Source: a virus (lineage: Duplodnaviria > Heunggongvirae > Uroviricota > Caudoviricetes). Taken from it: 34,262 bases of DNA. The notes under the pieces were generated by a model. The model saw nothing but the letters and a program-made list of their open reading frames with translations, made no database searches and was not told the origin of the DNA. The stretch is taken from positions 244,967 through 279,228 of IMG/VR virus record IMGVR_UViG_3300014208_000025; one strand, 5' to 3'. Positions 1 through 9,984 of this stretch are shown here, piece by piece (positions within the stretch are counted from its first letter, which is position 1; every line of letters begins with the position of its first letter). A program made the translations under genes and the position numbers.

Positions 1-73
1 CCAATTCTTCCGCACGAGCATATAGTCGGGTGTGGTAATTGGGATTTATAGGAGTCATAACATTTCAAAATTG

Positions 74-130
74 ACAGGAAGTAATAGTGGCACCGAAGAA
101 GTTTTAGGGAAACACACTATTACCCCCTGT
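74..130 (-). terminator. 16-bp stem-loop downstream of ORF 142-885 (terminator or 3' stabilising hairpin)
   Basis: Minus strand ACAGGGGGTAATAGTG pairs with CACTATTACTTCCTGT (two G-U pairs), followed by CAATTTT. Confidence 0.55.
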
Positions 131-141
131 GGTCGTAACGA

Positions 142-885
142 TTATCGTCGTTGTTCAACAAATTTGTAAAACTTGTTAGCCATTTCCAAAGCTTTTTCCG
201 AAGTTGGAGAATCTTTACCGTCAACGAGAATATTATTCTCACGATCAATCTGAACCTTCATTTCGTATTGCCATTTGAAAAATTCCAACGACATTCTAAG
301 GACCTCGTTTCTAATTTCATAAGCATTCTTGTTGACGCTTTTAGTTTCCGTTGGTTGCCGAACGGGGGTTGTAGGAACAACAAAATGTGGATTTTTGATA
401 ACCTCTTCCAACTCTCCTTTGGAATTGTAAACGGCGGCTTCTTTCCATAGGGTGTTAGCAATTTCGGTTTCTGCTTCGGCTTTTTCAGATAACGGCTTTG
501 AAGCCAATGGATATTTCTCTTCCATTTTTTTAACAACCTCGGCTGCATTCTTAACATTGATTTCGGTATTGCCCTTTTTCAGTGTAATGGTAGGGGATGG
601 AGTTATGATTTTGACTTCGGAAAAAGAACTTTCATCAACGGCTTTCTTGGTCAGATAAGCCATTTCTTCTTTTGTGAAAGTTGGAGGTTCTCCTGTAGTG
701 GTGGATTTAAGAGACTTGGCCGCAATGTTTCTACCCATGATAGATTCATATTGGGAAATGATTACATCCGTGGAAAATTGAGATGTGTTACCACCGAAGC
801 CGATACCTTCTTCTAATATAGCACTCATAAACGCTAACCTTTCTGTGTCTGTGTTTGTGAACGATGTGTTTCGTTCTACATTCAT
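142..885 (-). CDS. hypothetical phage protein
   Basis: 247-aa ORF with protein-like composition. Confidence 0.75.
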   Translation of the reverse strand: MNVERNTSFTNTDTERLAFMSAILEEGIGFGGNTSQFSTDVIISQYESIMGRNIAAKSLKSTTTGEPPTFTKEEMAYLTKKAVDESSFSEVKIITPSPTITLKKGNTEINVKNAAEVVKKMEEKYPLASKPLSEKAEAETEIANTLWKEAAVYNSKGELEEVIKNPHFVVPTTPVRQPTETKSVNKNAYEIRNEVLRMSLEFFKWQYEMKVQIDRENNILVDGKDSPTSEKALEMANKFYKFVEQRR

Positions 886-961
886 TACATAGATGTTAGA
901 ATAAGAAAACCGCCAAGAAATAATCCTAACGACTTTCTTTATTTGGAGGTTTCCAACCGGC

Positions 962-1372
962 TCAAATTCGTTTGTTCATCACTGCGAGAACAGCTTCCGT
1001 CACCATTTCCTTGAGTTCTTGAGGATTGACGGTACCGGAATTATTTAACGTTCCGACCAAATAATAATTCCACTTAGGAGTGCCACGGCCACTCGGATTG
1101 AAACTGCTGACATTCATTTTCCAATCATACAAATTGGTTAAAGGTTTACCATCAAGAAAAACTTTACCGAGAATTTCCAAAGCTCGTTTGGTAACATCAG
1201 CTTCATGTTTTGGGTCGGGTTTGTTTTGACCGTAAGGAACGTTGGGCAAAACGTTAAATTGAAAATCGGCTCGTTTGGGAAGGTTTTTGGCATTGTAAAA
1301 ATCTCGAAGAACATATTTGTCAAATTGTCCAAGTTTTCCGTATTCGGGATGTTTGATTTCAAATTTTCTCAT
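962..1372 (-). CDS. hypothetical protein
   Basis: 136-aa ORF; TATTTATA motif 11 nt upstream of the ATG. Confidence 0.75.
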   Translation of the reverse strand: MRKFEIKHPEYGKLGQFDKYVLRDFYNAKNLPKRADFQFNVLPNVPYGQNKPDPKHEADVTKRALEILGKVFLDGKPLTNLYDWKMNVSSFNPSGRGTPKWNYYLVGTLNNSGTVNPQELKEMVTEAVLAVMNKRI

Positions 1373-1423
1373 AAAGTGTCAGATATAAATAGATGAAGAA
1401 TGATCCAACGATGGACAAAAAAA

Positions 1424-1838
1424 TGGTGGACGTGGGGGAAGTCGAATCCCCGTGTCCGTTATTACTAACATCCAGCACTACATGTTTGTTTCATTTTTGA
1501 TTTCGGTGACTGTGTGGAACGAACAAACCACGTTAATCACCTATGTTCTTAGTTATCTCGGATGTTGCCAAGAACCGAATTTACATCCTATCCCTCTGTT
1601 TTACGCCAGACTAACTTAGAGGAAGTCGGTCAATCTGACGGAATGGTTTCTTAGGCCATCGCGAACTCGGCTTCCATTGAAGTTACTTCCATTGCTGGAT
1701 TCACTTCAAATGAAAAGTCAAGGGTGCTTAAACGATTTGGTTTAGCATTTGATTTTTGTCATCTTTTTAACGAGACCCGACGACGACCTCGACATGCTCT
1801 GGGTGCCTATAATATCGGGTCGATACCAGTACACGCCC
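1424..1838 (-). ncRNA. ssrA: tmRNA (transfer-messenger RNA)
   Basis: 5' GGGCGUG pairs with 3' CACGUCC-A-CCA, including the G3-U70 alanine identity pair; T-arm with UUCGACU loop; internal tag ORF; 415 nt. Confidence 0.95.
1651..1746 (-). other. tmRNA tag reading frame (A)AKPNRLSTLDFSFEVNPAMEVTSMEAEFAMA*
   Basis: Resume codon GCT after AAAUCAAAU; open for 31 codons to TAA; hydrophobic Ala-ending C-terminus. Confidence 0.75.
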
Positions 1839-1852
1839 GTCTAACAAAAATA

Positions 1853-1880
1853 ACTATATCATAATCAGTGAAAAAGTCAA
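1853..1880 (-). promoter_or_regulatory. sigma70-type promoter of the tmRNA
   Basis: TTGACT-N16-TATAGT with an extended TG. Confidence 0.7.
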
Positions 1881-1915
1881 GACCTTTCGCTTTTTGGTGT
1901 ATATTTATTAGACGT

Positions 1916-3250
1916 ATGATTCCGTATTTAATCGAACCACATAATCCTTGGGATAATACTCCCAAGAAAAAGAAACACCTTTGTCAACAAATTGAAGAAG
2001 ACGCTTTGATGGCCCGGATCATCGCGGAACAACTTGCCGCCCAAGCTGCGGCTCAACAGGTTCAAAATCAGGCAATGGCACCCGCCGGCGGAGGTGGCAT
2101 TCCTCCATACGAATATTTTAATCAAAGTGAAGTCGTAGATTTTTCAGGTACACCAACTACGGCTCCCGGTCCGTTGACCGTCACGTTCACAAACCTGACT
2201 ACAACTCAAGCCGGCGATGAATACAAATGGATATTTGGTGATGGTAATACCAGCACATTAGCCAACCCAACTCATTTGTATGCCAACACAGGAAGTTTTA
2301 CCGTCACACTTGAATCAACTCAGTCGGCTCTATCCCAAACATCATCTGTGGTAAAAGTGGCCTATATCAGTGCGTCTTCTCCTGTCGTGGTCGCCAATTT
2401 CTTGGCAACTTCCGCATCCAACATCGGACCTGTTACTGTAACCTTTGGAAATACATCAACGGATGACAGTCAGACGCCTACTACCGTTTACAACTGGACC
2501 TTTGGTGATGGTCAATCTTCCAGTGCAAATTTGCCTCCAATTCATACTTACGCCAATACCGGAAGTTATTCATTGAAACTTGGAGTCACGGGTTCGTATT
2601 CTCAATCTGCCAAAGTCATTTCCGTTGTCACGGTTGCCCCAACATTTGGTATTACCACATTCGTAACCACGAACTCCGTAGTCGCACCGTCATTCGTTAC
2701 ATTGTCAAGTTCTCTCAACTACAATGGTCACGGCACGGCATCCGGCCTTTGGTTCACAGGCGAATGGGTAGGTACTCAAGAATTCGTTCTAAACTATTAT
2801 TCAACCGACCCAGTTTACGCTACAAATACTAGTACATACGGCACAAGGTCAAATGCTGGTATTGGCGACGGTAAGTTCACCGCCTCATTAAGCATAACCG
2901 AATCGTCATACAATCTGACCGCATCCCATACTGTGTATTTCCCAATCACCGTTCCAACGGTATCCGTAAGTTTCACATATAATACGGCAAGTGGTCTTGG
3001 AGTGACGGCGGATGGATTCACCGCATCGTTTACGGCTTCAACAAGTTGGTTAAGTTCATCGTGGACTCCGGGTACATTGACCGGAAGATGGGATTTTGGT
3101 GATTCTTTTTGGCTTCCATACTCGGATGACCAACCATTCACACGAATCTATTCCACGGGTAGCTTTACTGCATCGTTGAGTATAACCGAAAGTAATTACA
3201 AAATTGTCAGTAACCTTTATACTGCATCGTTCAGTCATTCAGCACCATAA
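1916..3250 (+). CDS. PKD-domain protein, probably virion-associated
   Basis: Two PKD signatures (WIFGDGNTSTLANPTHLY, WTFGDG..PPIHTY) and a third WDFGD; Ser/Thr-rich; ATG 1916 chosen because TATTTAT precedes it. Confidence 0.85.
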   Translation: MIPYLIEPHNPWDNTPKKKKHLCQQIEEDALMARIIAEQLAAQAAAQQVQNQAMAPAGGGGIPPYEYFNQSEVVDFSGTPTTAPGPLTVTFTNLTTTQAGDEYKWIFGDGNTSTLANPTHLYANTGSFTVTLESTQSALSQTSSVVKVAYISASSPVVVANFLATSASNIGPVTVTFGNTSTDDSQTPTTVYNWTFGDGQSSSANLPPIHTYANTGSYSLKLGVTGSYSQSAKVISVVTVAPTFGITTFVTTNSVVAPSFVTLSSSLNYNGHGTASGLWFTGEWVGTQEFVLNYYSTDPVYATNTSTYGTRSNAGIGDGKFTASLSITESSYNLTASHTVYFPITVPTVSVSFTYNTASGLGVTADGFTASFTASTSWLSSSWTPGTLTGRWDFGDSFWLPYSDDQPFTRIYSTGSFTASLSITESNYKIVSNLYTASFSHSAP

Positions 3251-3270
3251 ATCTGAAAACAATAATCAAG

Positions 3271-3304
3271 GAAACTCCGAATCAAGAAATTGATTCGGAG
3301 TTTC
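3271..3304. terminator. bidirectional hairpin terminator
   Basis: GAAACTCCGAATCAA/TTGATTCGGAGTTTC perfect inverted repeat between convergent genes. Confidence 0.85.
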
Positions 3305-3308
3305 TGTT

Positions 3309-3822
3309 TTAAAGAGGGAATTCTTTTTCAATGAAGTCGGTCCATTTATTGAAGTGGTCGCCTAAATCTTCAAAGCCTAAACGATGATAAGCCAAGGCGC
3401 CCATTTTGGAGTAGTAATCAACCGAAGGAGCGGCTTTCAAACGATGTCGGCGTTCCATGTAATCACGAAAGAAACCAATCCCAACCAAACACGTATCCGC
3501 CACGTCGCTCATTTCACGAAATTCAATGCCGCGACCCATCATTTTGTCTTCGGTCAACATTCCATATGAAAAATGATTCAAACATTTCATTATACCTTGA
3601 AAGACTCGCACCGTTTCTTCTTCTTCACGTTCATGTTGGGTCAACGTACACAGAATCCAATCGGTCCCATTCTGTTCTAAAATATTGGGACAGTCCTGTA
3701 AGGATCGGGCAAGGGTAGCACGAAGAAGAAACTGGTCTTTGGAGTCAGAATTCGAGTAGAGTTTTTCGAATGTTGCCTGTTTTTTTTTCGTTATATCCCA
3801 AACATTTTATTAATCCATACAT
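3309..3822 (-). pseudogene. hypothetical protein interrupted by a one-base frameshift in an A9 run
   Basis: ATG 3822 frame (MYGLIKCLGYNEKK) joins the frame of 3309-3644 if the run at 3780-3788 is A8; span is 3n+1. Confidence 0.6.
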
Positions 3823-3869
3823 GCTCATAAATATTCAATGCTCAATTGTAATTCAACTATTTATAGTGG

Positions 3870-5081
3870 ATGAGCAGTTATCATAAAGAAGACGCCGACG
3901 TTTTTCGTATCCCGTTTGACCCCGACGAGGTTAAACGATTGGAACGTCTTGATTTCAAAAAGAAAGATTCGGAAGGAACGACCTACGAGTTTGAAGTGTT
4001 GTTGAACGCATGGGAAGAAAACGAAACCGGACTCATAGTTACGGCTACCAAATGGAATGGCAATTCAGTTTTAGTCATCGGAGAAAATGACGACGGTGAA
4101 GAACTGTTTACCATGCAGGCACCTTTCGAGTATGTCATTGGAAAATTGGAGCCAATCCTTCCCAAATTGAAAGAAAAACAAGACGACCAACACGAAAAGA
4201 ATCAAGAGAAATGGGATGTTCAAGGAGAACCTCTTCTCGGCGGAGGCTTTGACGACCCCAACACCCGACGTTTCAAAATATCCGAAATTGTCAAATCCAT
4301 TCACGAAGGTTTGAAGGATGATATTGAAGTCGTTCCTGCTAAACGTGAAGATGTTACCCAATTCGTTCAGAAACATTATCTGCACAAATTTCCTGCCGGC
4401 ACTCAATTAATTTACATGGTCAACATAAAGAAGCCTGACGGTTCACAACAACCGATTGGCATGGCCTTATACGGTTCCCCTTTCCCCACGGCTACCAAGT
4501 TCCTTGAACCGGAAGTTTCCCATCAAGAAACCATTGAACTGAAACGACTTTTCTTGGATGATGTCAATATCCCCAACCTTGAATCGTTTGTCATTGCGAA
4601 GACGTTAAAGAAGGTCAAGGAAGACAAGTCAAATGTGAAGGTAATCATTACGTTTGCCGACGATTTACAGGGGCACAAAGGCACCATCTATCAAGCCACG
4701 AATGCCATCTATCTTGGGAAGTCAGATTCAGGGAAGCACAAATACGTTTACATCATCAGGGGTGACGTGAAAGCAATCAAGGCGAAGCTACAACCTCAAG
4801 AGTATCCGAAGAAAAACGATATAACAGAAGTTTTGGGCGGTAAAGAAGTGGCGCCCGACGGCACTTCTACGGCGTTAATCAAATACATGAAGGATACCTA
4901 TAACATGGAGTTTATGGGAACGAAAAACCGCGAATATTTCTTCAAACGAGACGATGGAAGATACTTCAATTACACTTTGAAAGAACTAAGGGAAATGGGT
5001 TCCCCAACCGAATTAGGCGGGATGTATTACGTTGATAGAGAAAAACGATGGAAACAACGAAGCAATCAGTTGAGACGGTAA
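3870..5081 (+). CDS. multidomain protein with a central Mom-like GNAT (DNA adenine modification) domain
   Basis: Motifs HYLHK, IELKRL, NLESFVI and ITFADxxQGHKGTIYQATNAIYLG resemble the Mu Mom family. Confidence 0.75.
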   Translation: MSSYHKEDADVFRIPFDPDEVKRLERLDFKKKDSEGTTYEFEVLLNAWEENETGLIVTATKWNGNSVLVIGENDDGEELFTMQAPFEYVIGKLEPILPKLKEKQDDQHEKNQEKWDVQGEPLLGGGFDDPNTRRFKISEIVKSIHEGLKDDIEVVPAKREDVTQFVQKHYLHKFPAGTQLIYMVNIKKPDGSQQPIGMALYGSPFPTATKFLEPEVSHQETIELKRLFLDDVNIPNLESFVIAKTLKKVKEDKSNVKVIITFADDLQGHKGTIYQATNAIYLGKSDSGKHKYVYIIRGDVKAIKAKLQPQEYPKKNDITEVLGGKEVAPDGTSTALIKYMKDTYNMEFMGTKNREYFFKRDDGRYFNYTLKELREMGSPTELGGMYYVDREKRWKQRSNQLRR

Positions 5082-5083
5082 AC

Positions 5084-5389
5084 TTATTTCTTCCAATCAT
5101 CTACACCCACAAACCGTTCAGGATATTGATGTGGCCCTTTCAGACGAATCACATGAGCTTCGCAAACCGCTGAAGGTTTCTCCAGTTTCTCAACGTCATC
5201 CGCAAAGAAAATAATTGCTACTCCACCAAGTTGATTAGTCAGGTGAAAACCAACCGTATGTTCAGAGGTTTTGATGACTGACAGATTTCCTGCATACGAA
5301 AAACTGACGTGGCCAAAGGATGGCGCCACAACAACCACTGGCTTGTCGTTTAATTGAACCAAATCAAATTCCAATTTTTCTATGTTCAT
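5084..5389 (-). CDS. hypothetical protein
   Basis: ATG 5389 overlaps the stop of the YopX gene. Confidence 0.7.
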   Translation of the reverse strand: MNIEKLEFDLVQLNDKPVVVVAPSFGHVSFSYAGNLSVIKTSEHTVGFHLTNQLGGVAIIFFADDVEKLEKPSAVCEAHVIRLKGPHQYPERFVGVDDWKK

Positions 5390-5838
5390 ATGTGTTTCAT
5401 TCCACAAACATGACAGATATAACCATCCCATGCTGGTTCACCACATTGTTCGCACTTATCCAAATTCAAATCTTCCTCGTCATTTTCCTCTTTTTCAACA
5501 ACGTCAAGCAATTTGGTGACGCCTTCAAAAATGTTTCCGACCACTTCCATGTTGTTAATCATCAAATAGGCAAGGTCGTCATCCGTCTGGTCGCCCCAAT
5601 CCAACTGAAACTTGCCAGCGAAAAATTCCACGGTGCCAATTGACCCACCGTAGTTGATTTTGTCTCCCTCAAAAATTTCTTTCTTGTTTTTATCGTAACA
5701 ACCCGTGAATAGTTGAGGAATGACTTCTTCTTCCCTAAAACCGATGAAGTATAGATTTCCGACACACGAAGCCCAGCACCGAACATCAGTAACGAATTCG
5801 TTTCGTGACGGACACCAAAATCTTAGTTTCATGTTCAT
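5386..5838 (-). CDS. YopX family protein with a C-terminal Cys4 motif
   Basis: KLRFW...QLFTGCYDKNKKEIFEGD...EVVGNIFE signature; CEQC..CHVC tail. Confidence 0.85.
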   Translation of the reverse strand: MNMKLRFWCPSRNEFVTDVRCWASCVGNLYFIGFREEEVIPQLFTGCYDKNKKEIFEGDKINYGGSIGTVEFFAGKFQLDWGDQTDDDLAYLMINNMEVVGNIFEGVTKLLDVVEKEENDEEDLNLDKCEQCGEPAWDGYICHVCGMKHI

Positions 5839-6056
5839 AATATATCAAACCAATGTAGGGCATATTCAATTTCGCCACCAGTTTCTTTGAGAGTAATCAG
5901 AACCCAACTCGAAAACACTTTCTTGGAAGTCACGGTGTAAATCTTTCCTTTGGTCAAGGCTTTGGCGTTCTGAACCATGTCATTGAACCAGAACGGTCCT
6001 GTGCCCTTGTAACAAATCTTGTCTCCGGCCTTTAGTGAATAGATGTCGTTTTTCAT
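5835..6056 (-). CDS. hypothetical protein
   Basis: 73-aa ORF coupled to its neighbours. Confidence 0.7.
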   Translation of the reverse strand: MKNDIYSLKAGDKICYKGTGPFWFNDMVQNAKALTKGKIYTVTSKKVFSSWVLITLKETGGEIEYALHWFDIL

Positions 6057-6172
6057 TCGTAAATTTCGTATGGGTCAAAATTTGAAAATGGTTTCTGGTC
6101 ATGATATTCAAGACGTTCAACCGAAACGTCTCCGAAACCATATTTCCAAATCCATGCCAAAATTCGTTTCAT
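6053..6172 (-). CDS. small hypothetical protein (39 aa, MKRILAWIWKY...)
   Basis: Fills the operon gap with an ATGA overlap; not in the ORF track. Confidence 0.55.
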   Translation of the reverse strand: MKRILAWIWKYGFGDVSVERLEYHDQKPFSNFDPYEIYE

Positions 6173-6175
6173 AAA

Positions 6176-6460
6176 CTATCCCAAAAGAATCTGGCCCATC
6201 AGTTTCAACGCTTTTTCTTGGTCAGACGGACAAATGTGACCGAGGTTATCGCCCGTCAACAACAACTTCAACCGTTCTTTGTCTGGCAAAGCCAACGTCA
6301 TTTCATATGCGTTGAGTTTACTTAAAGCATTTGTCTCAGCCTTTTCCTTGGTGTCACCCATACCGACAACAATACTGCCATCGCCGGCAGTAAGGAACTC
6401 ACGCCAGAATATTTCCTGTTGACCCATACAGTTTTCCGAGTTGACAAAGTGGGCTGACAT
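6176..6460 (-). CDS. hypothetical protein
   Basis: 94-aa ORF in the operon. Confidence 0.65.
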   Translation of the reverse strand: MSAHFVNSENCMGQQEIFWREFLTAGDGSIVVGMGDTKEKAETNALSKLNAYEMTLALPDKERLKLLLTGDNLGHICPSDQEKALKLMGQILLG

Positions 6461-6464
6461 ATTG

Positions 6465-7559
6465 TTATTTCAAGACTTGGAACATGAGCTTCTTCAAATC
6501 TTCGTCGGACAATTCTTTACCATCCAACAGACGAAACAAGAAGGCGGCTCGGTTCGTGTCACCATACGCCGAAATAATCTTGCCCGCCTGTTCCTTGCGA
6601 GTCGGCAACGCACGGATGGAGTCCACGAAGCCCTTCATGTGAGCTACGATTTTCAAAACTTCCTTGTAACCTTCCGCAATCTTGGAAGCATTACCCTGAA
6701 CATCCGCCCATAGTTCGTAATCGAAGTTACAAATACAATCCTTGAACAATAAATATTCCGGCTTACCGTTGTTGAACCAAAAATCCATCAACTTTTCCAT
6801 TGACGCCAATTCAGACTTCATACGGTGCCGAATGAGATACCATTCAGATTTTACCTTGTGGATTTCCTGACCGTTCTTGGAATAGACGCAAACGCCTTCC
6901 TTGCCCGTCAACCACGCCGTCACTTCCGCCAACATGGAGTCAAAGGAAGCGAACGTGTAAGACTTCGGACGCTTTAATCCAAAAGTTTTCGCGGTTTGGT
7001 CTAAAAGAACTTGTGACCACAACGAATAATCTATATGATTAACCACACCCACCAAATACCAGTCAGGCGTATCACCATAATTGATGACAATTTTCTGAAC
7101 TGGAGAAGTCCATTCAAATAAAATTGAAAAATTCCAAGTATTATCTTTTGGTAAATGAGTCACAATAGAATTTAGGATTTTATCCTTGAAAATTTCAAGT
7201 TCATAACCGTTGTCCAGTTTGGAAGCATCAACCGTGCCACGAGTACGCAAGATGTAGTTACCCTTGTATTTGGAAACCACCAAAAGGGAACCATCCAACT
7301 TGTCAACGATAACGGTGCCGTTCAAAGATTGAGGCGGTGGGAATACTTCGGGCTTTTCGCCCATGTTAACGAACTTTGGGAAACCCGCAGACACTAACTC
7401 GCCCAAAGCGTTCCAAACACTAGACCTGAAAATCTTATTCTCCTGTGACCAGACCGAACCAATGTGGACAGGTTGAACTAATGAAAGGATTTCTCCATTC
7501 AGCATATGTTCATGAACCATAAATTGTTCACGGTCTATTTTTTCTAACGAAATGTTCAT
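6465..7559 (-). CDS. RNA ligase, T4 Rnl1-like
   Basis: Nucleotidyltransferase motifs FPKFVN, KLDGSL (motif I), FEW, EGVCV, KVKSEWY. Confidence 0.85.
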   Translation of the reverse strand: MNISLEKIDREQFMVHEHMLNGEILSLVQPVHIGSVWSQENKIFRSSVWNALGELVSAGFPKFVNMGEKPEVFPPPQSLNGTVIVDKLDGSLLVVSKYKGNYILRTRGTVDASKLDNGYELEIFKDKILNSIVTHLPKDNTWNFSILFEWTSPVQKIVINYGDTPDWYLVGVVNHIDYSLWSQVLLDQTAKTFGLKRPKSYTFASFDSMLAEVTAWLTGKEGVCVYSKNGQEIHKVKSEWYLIRHRMKSELASMEKLMDFWFNNGKPEYLLFKDCICNFDYELWADVQGNASKIAEGYKEVLKIVAHMKGFVDSIRALPTRKEQAGKIISAYGDTNRAAFLFRLLDGKELSDEDLKKLMFQVLK

Positions 7560-8220
7560 ATACAGAGTCTATCCAGTTTTTGAAATTTGTCAAGGACATT
7601 GTATGTTTTGCTCTATTACATTTTTCACAACATGAAACAACATTTTCTAATTCATATCCCATCGTGTTATCAACTCGGTCAATTCCATTATAGATGTAAA
7701 CTGATGGAGTTTTTGGATGCGTTTTTTCTTTTTGGGGAATAGACCCACAATAATGACAATTCTGTTTTGTCAATTTTCTAAATATTTCTTCGGTTAAAGA
7801 AAATGGAATTTGTCTGTGCTTAGCACTTATCCTATAACATTTCATCAATTCACGAAACATTGATTCCCCGTTTGGCATTACTTTACATCCTGAATTTTCA
7901 ATTTGTAAACACCCACAACTTCGGGTCCCCCATTTTCCTGTTATTCTTTGGGCTTCTTTTTCAAATACGTTTCCACAATCACATTTACAAACAAAATATG
8001 CTTTACATTTTCCTTTTGTAAACGCATCTTTTATTATGATTTTTCCATATCGTTTTCCAATACATTCTTTGGTTTTACTTGGAAATTGAATATGATTTAA
8101 TTTGGCAAATCTATACAACCACGACCTACTTATGTTAATTTGTGAAAGTAATTCGTTTGAAGTAAATTTTTTAGATTTGATTAGTTCAATTTCGGTATTG
8201 GAAAGCGTATGATTTTTCAT
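7528..8220 (-). CDS. HNH-type homing endonuclease
   Basis: CKCDCG..SCGC, CHYCG and GIDRVDNTMGYELENVVSCCEKCNRAK; more AT-rich than its neighbours. Confidence 0.85.
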   Translation of the reverse strand: MKNHTLSNTEIELIKSKKFTSNELLSQINISRSWLYRFAKLNHIQFPSKTKECIGKRYGKIIIKDAFTKGKCKAYFVCKCDCGNVFEKEAQRITGKWGTRSCGCLQIENSGCKVMPNGESMFRELMKCYRISAKHRQIPFSLTEEIFRKLTKQNCHYCGSIPQKEKTHPKTPSVYIYNGIDRVDNTMGYELENVVSCCEKCNRAKHTMSLTNFKNWIDSVYEHFVRKNRP

Positions 8221-8295
8221 ATACAGATAAATATACGGATTCACCTTAAAAATTCCAAAAATCTTAATAATAATTAACGGTGAATTAGTATAAAA

Positions 8296-9195
8296 TCAAT
8301 TCAACAAGATTTGTTCTTGTCCTGAAAGCACATCAACGAATCCAAGTTTGCTCACTTCAAAGGTTTCCACATGGTAATCATCGGCCAAGTCAGCCGCACC
8401 CACCACGTAAAAAGTTCCGTTCTCCTTCAACAAAGGAGCCAACACACTTTCCACATGGTTCGCACACCCACGTTGACATTTGATATGCAACCTCACACGC
8501 AATGGAGTTCCACAATCACTTTGTTCAAAATCATACCCAATGAAAAACATCGAAGCAACCCGAGCCGTTACATGAATCGTCACACAACTGCCAATGGCCG
8601 ATTTGTCCCGTGGCCAAGACGCCAAAATGTTCGCATGGTTTTCATTCGGTAACTTCAACCAAAATTGAAACACCTTCGTTACAACCGGAGTTGGTATCAT
8701 TCCCGCATTAGAAGATGAATTGACAAATCCATCGAACGCATCCTGAACCTTATACAGACTTCCCGTGTCATCGTCCCCGTGGTGAATGTAGATTTGTTGT
8801 ATTAATTCCATTACCTCGGAATCGTGCTTCTGACCCACATACAACGGAAGTTCAATCGGCACCCATTCATGAGCCGGAACGATGCCCAGCTCTTGATTTG
8901 GAACCGATGTCCACGAAGACTGAGAAAACGTCGTGATATGATCCGTAATTATGTTATCCAACAACGCTTTAATCTTGGGATTGCTATACTTGACCAACGT
9001 GTTTGCGTCATCACTGAAAATGAAATTCTTCTTGTCGTAGATATATTTGACGGCCGGCTGAATGGTTTCAACTTTGGTCCGCTTCTTCAATATTTCAAAA
9101 CGTGGAGAGGGTATGTTCATTACACGCCGTTCGGCCTCACTCTCCAAACGCCTCAGTTCTTCCTCCATTCTCAGTTGTGAAGCGGGCTTTTCCAT
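8296..9195 (-). CDS. hypothetical protein
   Basis: 299-aa ORF. Confidence 0.75.
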   Translation of the reverse strand: MEKPASQLRMEEELRRLESEAERRVMNIPSPRFEILKKRTKVETIQPAVKYIYDKKNFIFSDDANTLVKYSNPKIKALLDNIITDHITTFSQSSWTSVPNQELGIVPAHEWVPIELPLYVGQKHDSEVMELIQQIYIHHGDDDTGSLYKVQDAFDGFVNSSSNAGMIPTPVVTKVFQFWLKLPNENHANILASWPRDKSAIGSCVTIHVTARVASMFFIGYDFEQSDCGTPLRVRLHIKCQRGCANHVESVLAPLLKENGTFYVVGAADLADDYHVETFEVSKLGFVDVLSGQEQILLN

Positions 9196-9198
9196 GCG

Positions 9199-9339
9199 TC
9201 AATCCAAACGGTCAATTAAATTCCCCAATAAAGTATTTTCGAAAGGAGTTAACATCAATGCTTCAATTCCCATTATTACAATAGGCACCACGGTCAACAC
9301 ACAGAACACAAGAAGAAATAAAATAAAACCCCTTTTCAT
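9199..9339 (-). CDS. small membrane protein (46 aa)
   Basis: MKRGFILFLLVFCVLTVVPIVIMG hydrophobic segment; promoter-like TTGACT upstream. Confidence 0.55.
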   Translation of the reverse strand: MKRGFILFLLVFCVLTVVPIVIMGIEALMLTPFENTLLGNLIDRLD

Positions 9340-9648
9340 ATGATGCATCCAGTCTATAACAACTCCATTCAAAAGTCAACACAATTCTAATCGCATGAAA
9401 AATGTCAAAAAAGCATTCTAATATCATACGAAAGTTATCTCTTAAAACACTTACAAACGTATCATATCCTATGAAAATTATTATCCTTCCGGAATTTTCG
9501 TTACCCAGACTATAAAGCTCAAAAATTTCATTACGGAAACGGCTTCGCATAAGACACCACCTGGGACGACTTATAACCTCAACCAGACCCTTATAAAAAA
9601 GCTCCATAGATGATGCCTTATGGGTTATTATGATTCATGCATGATGTT

Positions 9649-9984
9649 TTATTCGGCCATAAGCAACGTCGCCGTCTTATTCCGTTCATCCCGTTGCTGA
9701 GCCTCTTCCTCAAGGTCCGCCTCATACGATTTCTGCCAAGGCTCTTTCGCATTTTCAATCTCTTGATGAATAGATTCAAGGAACGTCATCCCGGCAGAAT
9801 GAATAATGCCACCAATATGGGATTCCACCACGCTCACTTCGGCTAGTCGTTCTGCAACCTTGGTAAACGGATTTGGTTTCGTGCCATTATGTAAGGCCCT
9901 ACGTTGTTGAACAAGGGTTGGATGCTTCACTTGGAAGTCGGTGCTGGTTTGGAGGTTTTGCATGTAGGTATCAAGGTTTGTCAT
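9649..9984 (-). CDS. hypothetical protein, leaderless
   Basis: TTGACA-N16-TAGATT-N6-ATG. Confidence 0.75.
   Translation of the reverse strand: MTNLDTYMQNLQTSTDFQVKHPTLVQQRRALHNGTKPNPFTKVAERLAEVSVVESHIGGIIHSAGMTFLESIHQEIENAKEPWQKSYEADLEEEAQQRDERNKTATLLMAE

Noticed and set aside
9263-9607. 114-aa ORF from the track
   Set aside because: It runs through promoter-like sequence and overlaps the more plausible 9199-9339 membrane ORF; coding status is unclear.
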